Shown here piece by piece: positions 51,721 through 64,000 of a stretch of 64,000 bases of DNA. The DNA comes from Mytilus trossulus (Eukaryota): contig NC_086377.1 in assembly GCF_036588685.1 (NCBI RefSeq), positions 79,422,001 through 79,486,000 on the forward strand. The letters run 5' to 3'. The translations under genes and the position numbers were made by a program. The notes beneath the pieces were generated by a model that did no database searches, was not told the DNA's origin, and saw nothing but the letters and a program-made list of their open reading frames with translations. The stretch's first letter is position 1; every line of letters begins with the position of its first letter.

Positions 51721-54700
51721 GAGCCAATCCGCCAGAAAACCATGATTTTAATTAAACTCTAAACACAATTAGTAATAAAATGGCTTATAAAATCATTAAA
51801 AAATGTAAAATAAATTTGTATAAAAAATGAAATAAGACGTTTTTGTACTGCAAGTGCAAAAATCAATAAATTGTCTGAAACCAGGGAGTACTTCTTTTAT
51901 GCTCTTCCATTGACTTATCTCCCTTTGGCAACATATTAGCTCCCGGTGATGGTTTGGCAGACAAATGTTTACAGTGAAGTTTGTGTCTTGAATGATCTAG
52001 GAGGAGCATGTTGGCTATTCCATCATCATACAACTACATATAACAAAGTATTTAAGATATCTGAATGCAATGAAGACCAAATAGCATAACAACTGCCAAG
52101 AAATTTGAGAATAATGAAAATAATTTACCAGACAATAATTTAGTGAATAAACATGATAAATATTGATTGGAAAAAACAAGTCAATGAACTGCAAGAGGTG
52201 TTCTTAGATTTCAACTAGCAAAACAAAAATATTCTAAATCATTCTTAGTAAAATAAAGTGAGCGAAAGGAAGACATTGCTTATGCTTGCACTAAAATGGA
52301 GATTGAGAGTGTCAAAACTGTCTGGCTTTACAAGATCTTACAACTGTCTGGTACACCAAAAATAAATCAAAGACACTCTCTCTACCGTTGTACTAAAAGC
52401 AGCATTGGAAACTAGCATTGGTAAACAAATATATTCGTACAGATACAGACTACCATTCATCTCAGAAGTCTGAAAATACTGAAAACTATGGTGTAGAATT
52501 TACAGCCAGACTTTTTATTTTACATAAAAAGAGGAGTGGTTTATTTTCCTATGGTTGTTATAAGATCTTGTCTTAGACATGTTAGAATAATTATGTTTGA
52601 AGTACAGAGACTTTCATGGATTTCATTGACATTACAATACATTTGTATGGTCAAGCAACATGTCAACATCCTGTCCAACCCTCTTCCAGCAAAGCCAAAG
52701 CTGACCAAGGATTTTCACCATTTCATAACAGGCTGTATACAACCACAGGAGGAGTTACTTCAGTAGGAACAGGTACAAATCTTACAATAATTTTTTATTG
52801 TTCCTTATAGTCAATCCGAAATTAGGGAACCAAGATTTGATACATCATATAGCTAGATTAAGAAAAGGAGGGGGGGGGGTGGAAGGGGCATGTGAATATT
52901 CTTTTACACCTAACTAGTTTCTAAGACATCTTATTTATTTTCAATGACAAAGTGCATACAAATAATTTATATTCCTTATCTACATTTTCTGTCTTTGGAC
53001 CATTTGATAATAAAAAAAGAGGGAGGGTCAAAATAGTTATATGTCCTTGTCAGCTAAGGACAGAATTTTAATTTTAAAGCTATAAACCAGGGTACAATAT
53101 AATTATAAAAATAAAACAAATTTATAGACCATAATCATTATAATAATCAAAATTTCTTTCAATATAATAATATTCAATATAAAGCAGGTCAGGGTTTTTT
53201 TCACTTCCCCTAAGTTATATTTTCAGTTCTAACTGGAAGTTGTTTATCTCTTTAAATTTGTCTACTAAAAAACTTTTATCTCGTGGAAAAGACTCATAAA
53301 AATACATGTTTTAAATACAACATAATGTTCATGTAACACTAGACAATTTATTCCAGAGAATAATCTTTTTTAATGAACTATTCATTCTTGTAGGCCATGG
53401 ATCCTAAAAAAACAACAAAAGCATTGCAAAGTTTTGTAAACTTTTATTTTAGGACCCTACATTTGTACATTTAGATGTATGTAGATGACTTATAGTGCCC
53501 TTTTTAAAAGAAAAAAATATATATTTAAACTACATGCATAGTGATGCTTCATGTACACAACCCTAAATTTCCTGTTTGGTATATTTTATTTCATGAAAAA
53601 CAAAATTGAAGAATTATTTTATAGTTCACACTTCTTATTTGTAGGGTTATATGCCAGCAGGTATACAATCCAGATGAATTTTCGAGTAAGTGACAATAGC
53701 CAGGTATGGAAAAGTAAACAACCGATACCGGAAACACCGGAAGTAACATGCACGAGAGGCACTATTATGGGTTTTGTGCATGAGATGCACATGCTATGGG
53801 TTATCAGCCCGGGTGGGAAATTATGGCTTGTGTACTTCCGTTCATTACACATATGCAAAAGCTATCATAGCAATGCTAAGTATTTGATAAATTAATTTAA
53901 TTGTTTGTATACAATGTAATATATGGGAATTATAAAGTATATAATAACATTATTATGCATGTTAAACATCAGTCTTATTGAAAAGTCTTTGTTTACTTTA
54001 CTTTACTTATTTAATTTGTAGTACAATGTTGGGCGGCTTTTATTTCCATTCAACAGCTAACAACGACTAATGAACTGTTCATACATTCCTTTTCAAATAT
54101 CAATGAATATAAAAGGGGGAGATTTGTATTGGTACTTTTGAAGATATTTCACCTGTTTGATTAATTGATTGGTTGTTGGTTCCTAATGTTCAATGTCAAA
54201 TGGTTCATGCATATTTAGGACTAGAACAAATTGAAATAAATACATTATTTGGGTTCTTTAAATTAATATGCTCAATCTAACAATGTATGAAGATGTATTA
54301 GATGTTGCAATTGGGACTTACAGTAACAATTGTCAATTTTATTTCCTGTCAGTGGTACATATGAAATAAAAAAAATGTGGTATGATTGCCAATGAGAACA
54401 ACAAATGGAAGTTTTTAACGACCTTGACTGGCTATACAGCCCTTGCACGGTCGGTAATGAGAACAAATGACATTGAAGTAAAGCTATAGGTCTGCATACG
54501 CCTTATGGCCTTGAACAATGAGCAAGACCCATATTGCATATATATGTATATTCACCCATAAAAGGCCCCAAAATAAGAAAATGAAAAAATATGAAAATTA
54601 ACAGCCTGATTTATGTATGTAATTTTGTGGTTTTCAGATCTAGACTTGCTGCTAACCATTCTGTCAACAACAACTGAACTTTCACAGCAGTCAACATCAG

Positions 54701-56914
54701 ATTGAGAGACTGATAATACTTATGACAGAAACAACTTTAACCAACCACACAAGCAACAGAAACTTTCCAAATTTAAAACATCAGTTAAATCTTCCATGGG
54801 ATGATGTTTCAAAAAATAGCAGTTCATCATTTATGGAAATTTTAATATTATGGTTTTTCTTTTACAAGAAAGTTAATGTACACTTGTTTTATAGTAAAAC
54901 CTTGCCGTTCGAGAAACCCACATTCAACTACATGTATATTTAAATTTGAAAATTCATGTGATTATTTAAATTGTTTTTTTATACAGCAATTTTAACAACT
55001 ATCCAATTTCAGTCAAAATTCTATATAAATTTTGCACTAGTTTATATAGACTAGGTTATTTGTTTTTCGTCTAGTTGTGCGATTTTTTATAGATGCATTT
55101 ATGATTTTCATGTTTGTATTGATCACATTGCAGCACCATAGATATAGGTACCTGGCAAATGTTACCTCGTTAGCATACTAGGCTCAAAGACTCATAAATC
55201 AATTTCTATCTCTTAGTGTCTGTAGAAATCATCTCTATATTGTAACTGTTTACCATGGTTTAAAGTTTTCTCTTTTGAACCATTATTGTAATAACTTTAG
55301 AACAAGTGTCATACATATATATTATATATAAAAAATCAACATGACAAGATCAAGTACCCAAAATTTTTCTGAATGAGTGGACATAACATCTATGAGCTAT
55401 TGTCCCTGAAATGTGTAAAGTAGTAGGTCCAGTAAGACCTCTTTTTGGCCCCAAAACATAGCAGTTTTACAAAGTAAAATTTTAGTTATTTATTGGACAG
55501 TAGAATGCTTTTGCTACATAAATATGGGCTGTTTTTGACAATACAATGCACATATATCGGGTACTAGCACCATTAAATCATTCTAAATTACTGAAATCTT
55601 CACAATTCTAGCATTTTAGTTAAATTTAAGGCGGTTTCCATGTAAAACGAAAGTGGCCGCATTCGTGTTCATCCTTAATATTGAAATGTAAGTTGTATTT
55701 GATGATAATACATAACATACATAGAGGTTGTGGATGACCACAGATGCGGCCACTTTCATTTTTGACAAAAAACATCTGAAAAGTGACATTTTTCGGTATA
55801 TTTGGTATATTTTTCATATTTGAGCTTAATCAGTTAAAATCTTTCACATAACTAATTGATTCAACTGAAATAGAAACTTAAGTGTTTTAAAAGTAGTCAA
55901 AATCTTTCGACAGACGAACCTGAAATTTGAGGACAAAATCGGTCCTTACCAGACCTACTCCTTTACAAATTTTCACATTTTTTTGCTATTACCTGACAGC
56001 TTTATTAATATATTATAAGAATAAATTGCAAAAATGGTCTGAAGAAATGTCTTGTACAGTCTGAACTTTTTCTGAAGTGTTTAACTTCTTTTATTTTAAT
56101 TCTTTGTTTTTTAGATATGGTTTTTTTTGTCGTTTTTAAGTGCACAATTTGTCAACATGTTCAATGCAAGCTATATCGGCTCCTTGGAGCCTATAGATTT
56201 ATAATAAATAATTTGTATTTATGTATGATTATTTTCTTAATGTATTAAATGAAACATTAATTATTATTTTCCATTTGTTGTTATACTTATTTATAAGTCC
56301 AGACACTATCATATGTCAGATGTTACAAATGAGACGGCAAAATTGACAAAATTTGAATATGCAGGCTACCCTATTTTGTTGTGCCATATACTAGACACCA
56401 ACATTATTTGCCGAGCTCAATATTTTTTTTGATAAGGTATATATAGTTATACTTTGCAAGCAGACATGTTATTTTATAATAATAATATGATCTTGGAGTA
56501 TTTTGGCTCTGAAAGATGACCAAAATCAGCAATTTTGGACATGAGGCTAAATGAGACATATTGAAAAGGTTAGATAATACATACACTTAATAGACAGCAT
56601 TGTTATTTCTATGCATTCTTACACTTAATGTGATGTATTACTAGGAACAACTATCAAAAAACTATGAATATTGCCATATTTTTTGTATTTAAACCAGCGA
56701 AATATGCCAAAAAGGCTTATTTTTGTCGTTATCGAGCAATCTCATCTATTAAAAGATGGCGCCTAAAAAAATACAGATCGGTTCAATATTTCCCAAAACA
56801 AATTTGTGTGGTTATTTATATCAATAAAGTGCACCAATGTGCCAAATATGAACTAATTTGGCCAAAGTGGCATTCGGACGGTTTTGCATGGTTTTCTAGC
56901 AGATTGATTGGCTC
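51721..56914 (+). mobile_element. Decayed Sola3-like DNA transposon (5.2 kb)
   Basis: GAG...CTC termini; TIR GAGCCAATC(...)CGCCAGAAAACCATG; flanks TTAA / TAAA; empty site 'aatcTTAAgtaataac' at ~28952-28967; cysteine-rich N-terminal transposase-like remnants at ~51975-52080 and 52591-52772. Confidence 0.7.
55419..55962. mobile_element. Kolobok-like MITE nested in the Sola3-like element
   Basis: TIR agtagtaggtccagtaag / cttaccagacctactcct. Confidence 0.65.
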
Positions 56915-58118
56915 TAAAGTAATAACAGTAATCACGCAATGTGATAAACATAACATGTTTCGATGTCTTGAAAAAAGCAAGGGTTGCATATATGTATAAT
57001 TTTCATTAGTAAATCAGGTTTGGATCTTGTTTATTATGGTTAATGAAATTAAACTATTGGGGCTAGTTGGCATTTGTTTCGTCAGATTTTATGTGTCCTG
57101 CCTATTTATGTCTTTACATATAGGTATTAAAACTTTTTTTTTTTGGGGGGGGGGGGGGGGGACATTAGTTTGACGAGTGGGTCTTTTTCTTAATTAGATT
57201 AGACTTTTATGCAGGTGAGGGACGAGTTGACAAATCTTTATTTAAACTATTCTCTATCAGTTCAATGTAGCCAGTTGTCTTCGATTCAATTGTATCGTAC
57301 AGACAAGTAAGTTATTTAACGTGACACAATATAATGCAGTTAGTACATTTCATTTTATCATGACCTATTTGGTATTGAACAATTATTTGGTGAACAGTTA
57401 GGTCGTCATAGCTTTATTAACTCGACATTTGACTAAATAAGTGGATTATGACCAATAAACACTTAAAATTTAATGCAAGTATGTTTTTTTTATATAATTA
57501 TTCAGAAGGTAGATATAGGCAGATATGGTATGAATGTCAATAAGACAACTCTCCATCCACGTAACAATTTATAAAAAGAAGGGTTTGTTTTACGTAAGAC
57601 TCGGAAAGTGTTTGCTCTGAAAAATCAAGGAATCATATAATATTTTCAAAAAATGTCAATAAGGCTTCTTATTAAATCGCTGTTAAAAATATCGGATGTT
57701 ATGTAGAAAGTAAAGTAACGAAAATACCGAACTCCAACGGATATTCACACATCGAAAAGTGATTTATCAAAAAGCTAAATCAAAAACTCAAACACAACTT
57801 ACGAATGGAAAACAACTGTCATAATTGTGATTTGTTTTACAGGAATGTCCTACAGTAATAAATGGTGGATAAAACCTGGTGTAAAGGTCGCGTAATATGT
57901 ATGACTATAAGGTCCTACTTGTGAAACAAGAAACATTACCAAAGCATATGGGTAATCATTCTTTGGCAATGTTGCTTCTTTAAGTTATCAACATAATTTG
58001 AAAAATGTTTAAAGAAATTGATAACCTTAGTTGTATTTGGCACAACTTTTTGGAATTTTAGATCCTCAATGCTCTTCAACTTCGTACTTGTTTGGCTTTA
58101 TGAATATTTTGATATGAG

Positions 58119-58160
58119 CGGCACTGATGAGTCTTATGTAGACGAAACGTGCGTCTGGCG
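58119..58160 (+). ncRNA. Type I hammerhead ribozyme, in a ~175-bp insert at 58019-58194
   Basis: CGGCA-CUGAUGA-GUCU(UAUGU)AGAC-GAAAC-GUGC-GUC-UGGCG. All core nucleotides present; one G-G mismatch in stem I; predicted cleavage after C58155. Confidence 0.85.
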
Positions 58161-58902
58161 TACTAAATTATAATCCTGGTACCTTTGATAACTATTAAGT
58201 GACATGTTTTTTTTAACATTTAACAACATTTTAAAATTTTGTGCATGCGTCTTGAAAAAAGATACCAAAGGGACAGTCAAACTCATAAATCAAAAATAAA
58301 TTGACAACGCCATTGCTAAAAACGAAAAAGACAAACAGACAAACATTAGTACACATGACACAACAAAGGAAACTAAAGAATAAACAATGCGAACCCCACC
58401 AAAAACTAGGGGTGATTTCAGGTGAAAACGTTACGTATTTAAAATTGAGGAAACATATCTAAACATCATTTTGATTCATAATGTGTTAACACAATTCTTT
58501 GAAAAATGTAGAAATGATGCAACAATATACTCAAATAACATATTAATGTTATCCAGATTTATTGTTATAGTGCCGACAGCGAACCTTACAAATGCAAGCT
58601 AAGGCTATTACCGACACTTTATAGACATGATGCTAACCGATTTTGGAACAAGTAACCAGAAAGTTGATTAACTGTTAAGATTTGAAAATATCTCACATGT
58701 TTACAACATATAAATGCGTCTGAAGATAATCCTTACAAAACAATGTGTTGAGGATTGCAAACGAAACAACTACCCATCAAAGGTCAAGCTGATTTTTTTT
58801 AGTGTAAGCAAACAAATTTAAATAGAGAGAGGGGCATAATGATTTATGTGATGAAAGTATTATGATATAAGTTATCAAAGGTACCAGGATTATAATTTAA
58901 TA

Positions 58903-58944
58903 CGCCAGACACGCGTTTCGTCTACAGAAGACTCATCAGTGACG
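58903..58944 (-). ncRNA. Type I hammerhead ribozyme, in a ~250-bp insert at 58869-59124
   Basis: CGUCA-CUGAUGA-GUCU(UCUGU)AGAC-GAAAC-GCGU-GUC-UGGCG. Intact core and stems; predicted cleavage between 58908 and 58907. Confidence 0.9.
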
Positions 58945-61900
58945 TTCAGATCAAAATAGTTCAAAATAGTTAAGCCAAACAAGTACAAACTTGAAGAGCA
59001 TTGAGGACTCGAAATATTAAAAAGTTGTTACAAATACGGCTATGGTCATCTATTCCTGGGATAAGAAAATCCTTAGTTTTTCGAAATATTCAAAGTTTTG
59101 TTAACAGGAAATTTATAAAAATGATGCTTACCGATTTTGGAACAAGTAACCAGAAGGTTGAATAAATGTTAAGATTTGAAAATAGCTCACATGTTAACAA
59201 CATATAAATGCGTCTGAAGATATGCATGTTCAACGAGTATAATGATTTATATAGGGGAGTACCTTGTTATTTAGATAACATTTATCAAGTCTTAAACTTC
59301 TTTTTGATGGTCAATACTATAAGTAAATTCAGAAATTATTGCGTACATTTATTATTGCAATCTGGTCATTTAACACTAAAATTTGATTTCGCAGCGACAT
59401 TAAGGTGATTTTCCCGCAAAACCGAATAAAAAAATAGTGCAGGAGTTATTTCCCCTATCTGGATCAACATGTTTAATGGCGGGCGACTTTTGACGTTGCA
59501 GACACAGTTATAAATGTAGCAATAGGTAAGTTTTGAGTATCGCATAAATGATGAAATATATCACATATGGTGTCTTTTTTTCATATTATAATGTATTTTC
59601 ACATCAAATAATATAAATAATTTGAATGAAAGCTGTATTTATCAAAAGAAAGATCGCAAGCGGAGTTTAAGCTCCGCCCACTGTTTACCTTATTTGGAAA
59701 ATCTATGTAGCTGAGAAGCTTGCAGTATGCAAGTCTGTTAATTGAAGATAATTGAAGCAGCCTGGCACTTGACAGTTAATATTTAAACGACCTGGTTGAA
59801 GAAACTAATGAGAAAAAGTGGAAAATTTATTCAATATGATCCAATGTCTGGGCAAAACATGATTTAGCAGGATAATTATGGTGTAATGTATCGCTTTCAG
59901 GTATATAATCTCGAGATATACTAAAATTATGCAGACGGCATGGCTTGTGCATCATGTGCATAGGACAGAAATATAAACCACGTGTTGCAATATTTAATTT
60001 CAACCATGGCCAGTATCAATCCTTTTTATACGAAAGACACAGAAACACGGGGGTCCTTCTTCATAGGGGTACACACAAATTATCAAGTTTTTTACCCCAC
60101 TTTTTTGGGGTTTTCGACCCCAGAAAAACGTGTTTATCCCACAAACCTGGGACCACCCCATGTTTCATGACTTGAGCCCAACCTGTTCATCTTGTGTCAG
60201 ATAATTTAGGAAAATGACAAATAGCATAAAAAAAAACATGTGCCTGTGCCACTGGCCTGTACCTCTTGTCACCTTTTTAACTGTTTAATGATAATATGCA
60301 TAAACTGTATTATAAATGGCAAATACATGTATAATTTTCAATTGTTTCTAATTATTAATTGGAAGCTTTTAGAGCTGATAAAAGCGTCCAATTAATAATT
60401 ATTAGGACTAATCTTGCCGGGGCTTATTATTCCTCATCAAAACTACTCCAAATAATTATGACATGTTGAAAAGCTGTTATATTTTTTTTCTCTTTAAAAA
60501 AAAACTTAGCTATAAAAAGTAAGGCGTCGAGGAAAAAAAAAGCTTTTCAAGATTAAAGTAAGGCGTGTCAAAGTAAAGAAAAATAAAATAGCTTTTCAAG
60601 GCGTCATAATTTTTTGGACAACATCGAAACCACCTTTAAATTTCAATTCATCATCCCTAACAAACATTTTTTTTTGTTCGTCTGTTATTGATAATAGTCC
60701 AAATAATTAAGACGTCTGGCAAGACTATTTTTATTTTTATCTGAGACACCAGTAGGAAGGCATCCAAGAAAAACATTTAAATAGCCTTGCCAGACGTCAT
60801 AATTATTTGAACTAGGTCTGAAATTAAGCACTTCATGTACATATATAATTGTAACCTCCAAAAGTTCCAAAGTTAGCTTTATCATTTTTTGTAGCAAAGC
60901 TCACAGCTAAAATAAAATAGTATTTTTATTTTATTTTTTGGCATGATTTAGAGTCGGGGGGTTTTATCCTGTCAAGGGCCGAGTTTACCTGTATTTTTAA
61001 AGATTGTATTATTTCCCTTGGTTATTGGTTGGAAAAAATGGTGGCAAAGTATTTATTTCTTCACACGAGATGTGAAATTTTCTTAAAAGAGCTGCCATAT
61101 TAATGATTGTGAACATTAGGATGTATCATGCAATTGACTTATATTATTGGCAACACTACAAAAATGTAAATGTACTTTTGACTCGAGTTCAGTTTACTTT
61201 TCACTTTACAACGGAAATAAAATGACTATTTAAAGGGTCAGTGCTCAAAAAAAGGTTAGGTCAGGTACATGATATATATATATATATATATATTGGCCTA
61301 AGAAAAGACTAAAAGAAGCAATGATCTGAGGCTAATTAATGTATAGTTTGCTCATCATGACTGCCTACTTTGACATATTATTTTTATATATATATGTCTT
61401 TTGGAAAATGTTGTTTGTGCTGTTTTTTGACCCTTCTACAAAAAAATTGTTTTACATGCACACATATAAAAATTGCGGTTTTTATCCAATGCAATCCGAC
61501 ATAGGTTTAAACGTAGTTTTCAATTTAGACTCGTATATATATATTGATAGATAATAATTATTAACAGTTATACATTGAATAGTCACTGCATGCACTTTCC
61601 CTCTAAAACACATGTTTGACATCAAATATCTAAACTCTGTCCCTGTTCAGTGTTGGTTGGAATTAAATCCATCACTCAAAGCTATTTATCCCCAGTAAAC
61701 AGAATCTATATCTAGTCTCTAGTCAGACTGACTATATATTAAAGTTCTGTCTGTCTGTTCCATGAATTTTTTTCTTTGCACCGTTCTCAGGAAAATTACA
61801 AGGATTTCTGAAATTTGCTTTCAGGGTTTATGTATGAGTTAGCAATACCATGTGATGCTTTTTCATCTTAATCACTCAACAACTTCCTGTGTACCTTAAA

Positions 61901-62251
61901 ATTGTTAAAGTTTAAGGGGGTATCATAAGTTATCAGTAGCTCACAGATTCACTTGTTTGTTTCTGATTATTTTTTTAATTTTTTGTTTGGGGAGGGAGCT
62001 GCCAGGCTATTTTGAGTAGTGCTCTCAGCACTTCTAGTTAATCATAAATTAGCAACATCTGTATCATGACATTAGTTCATTTAATTTGCATTATAAACAA
62101 ACTTGTGTGGCAAAAGTAATTTCTTTATATTAAAAAAAAATATGATTCATTATCATGATCAGACATGTTACATTTGCTATGGACGCATGAAATTATTAAA
62201 CGTGTTGTTATCAATTTTTCAAGTATATTATATTACAATTTTTTGTTTTAG

Positions 62252-63620
62252 CTTGCCTGAGAATTACAGGACTGAAGTAAGAGTATGGCATTCAAGCTTT
62301 GATGAAATATAAAGGTATTGGTTTGAATTTGGGATCTTTATTATAGACAGGTAAATTGTTTATCCTGCAATTATCTAACTGTTGTACAATGAGACAACTC
62401 TCCTCAAGAGTCTTAAGTGAAACAGAAATTAAAAACTATAGGTCACCATTTAGGCAATAAGAAAACACAGTAAAGGCCCCAAATCATAAATGTTTATAAA
62501 CAAGGAGAAAACTAATGGCCTAATATATGTGGGGAAAATGAATGAACAAACAAACAACAAATGTTTAATTACAGACACAGTCATACATATATGTACAGGA
62601 TGTGGGGGGGGGGGGGGGTGGGGGGGGTGGTTAAGTTGATTACATGTATGTTAGCAAGTCAGGCTTTTCTTCCAGATTTTATGATACATGTACATGTATG
62701 TGCAAATAAATTTCTGTTTTCTTACATTGTGAGAAGATTGTATGATGTAAATTTAGAATTTATACATGTTATATGGCAATGTTTTAATTAAAAGGCAACT
62801 TTGAATACAAAATGTATCTCATTTTTATAAGAACTGACATTCTGAAATCTATACATGTATCACACATAAGTAATTGTACAAGTATGTAAATATTTTCTGA
62901 AATAGCAATTATTGATATCACAATTTTCCATTCTTCATGAATTGCAATACAATAGTTTATGTACCCAATATAAATGATCATGATAATTTCTTAATTAAAA
63001 ATGAAGCTTCTGTACCAGCAATAGTATTTATTTACACAAACATGACAGATACACCTAGGCCTATAATAATATACTGAACTTGCTAGCTCAAATTTCTTGT
63101 GATCATGTTGATATTGAAGTATTCATGTCATTGTTCACATTTGGAAAAGGAGATATAAAATAATGAAGTTAAACATTATACATAAATTTAAATATTTATA
63201 ACATAGTGCACCTTTTAAAAATGCATGTGGAAAATTTATATTTTGTTCAAATGTTGAATGAAGACATTAATACTACAGGTAAAATAGGATGGAAATTATT
63301 TCGTTAGAATTTTAATCGTACCTTTTTGAAGAGGTATGTTTGCACTAACTTTGAATTACTTTTTTCATTTTGAAAACTTCAGTTGATAAACATGTATACA
63401 TTGTACATGTATTATATTTGGATTTTTTTTTTATTTCAGGGATGAAGATCTAGACCTTAATAGACCTGCAGTCAGACACCAGTTAAAAGTTGCTTATAAC
63501 TCATCATGGCCATTACCATGACTGGAAGATGTGATAAAAATTTGTTTAAAAAGCTACCAAATATGTTTTTTGAAAAAAAGACAGCTATTCTACATAATGT
63601 ACCGTTCTAAGCAGAAGCAT
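62252..63620 (+). pseudogene. Putative spliced pseudogene remnant (two phase-compatible exons)
   Basis: Exon 62252-62314 (ttttgttttag| ... ag|gtattg, 63 bp) and an exon starting at 63440 (tttttttttatttcag|) join in phase 2: LPENYRTEVRVWHSSFDEI*R-DEDLDLNRPAVRHQLKVAYNSSWPLP*LEDVIK. Confidence 0.35.
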
Positions 63621-64000
63621 TGACAGTTTCAAGACCAAACGAATTGGAATTTAGTGAAAAACCGAGGAATATTAATTGGACAATTTAACTTCTTTTTCAT
63701 CATTATTGAAGTTGATGTTTTTATCTCAGTTAAAATGATGTCCAAATATACATAATGGCAGTTCAGAGATTTGTGAATATTCTTAGAATAGGAGCTGCAA
63801 AAAGGATTTCAGTTCAAAAATTGTGTTTCATGGATGTAAAAAATGGAATTTGTTGTCTCTTACATGAAATCTTTTTTAAAAATCTGCAATATCTAACCAA
63901 TATGAGTGAGAGATCTACAACTAGACATGTCATTCAGTTGAATTGTAATCATGGTAAAGAGGAATTTTGAAATATAAATTTATAAGTCTTATATGAGTGT

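Larger units (their letters stand above)
51185..59390 (+). repeat. Local segmental duplication, copy B (expanded by insertions)
   Basis: Collinear with 28424-31220. Confidence 0.9.

Noticed and set aside
59790-60030. Protein-like stretch KKLMRKSGKFIQYDPMSGQ...
   Set aside because: Three in-frame stops and no recognisable family.
2394-63970. Remaining 60-120 aa ORFs in the track
   Set aside because: Composition reflects AT-rich noncoding or repeat DNA; many use non-ATG starts; no domains recognised.

Overview
Very AT-rich, gene-poor eukaryotic DNA; the repeat repertoire suggests a bivalve mollusc, probably Mytilus (inference). No intact host gene, rRNA, tRNA or CRISPR array is visible, and the window is almost entirely nested mobile DNA. 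Main structures: (1) a decayed Ty3/Gypsy LTR retrotransposon (15469-21176, minus strand, TTTT TSD) carrying an extra SGNH/GDSL-hydrolase-like ORF between the 5' LTR and gag; (2) a 13.2-kb CACTA...TAGTG element (35881-49122) with 54-bp TIRs and a 3-bp TTA TSD that splits a 66-bp satellite in register; (3) an old local duplication (about 28.4-31.2 kb vs 51.2-59.4 kb) whose second copy gained a 5.2-kb Sola3-like transposon and two oppositely oriented type I hammerhead-ribozyme elements; (4) a Naiad-type Penelope fragment inside a foldback element, plus many Helentron/HINE-, Kolobok-, hAT-, Tc1- and Crypton-like non-autonomous elements, templated micro-insertions and a spliced pseudogene remnant near the right end. 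Family assignments come from termini, TSDs and motif recognition by eye, not database searches.
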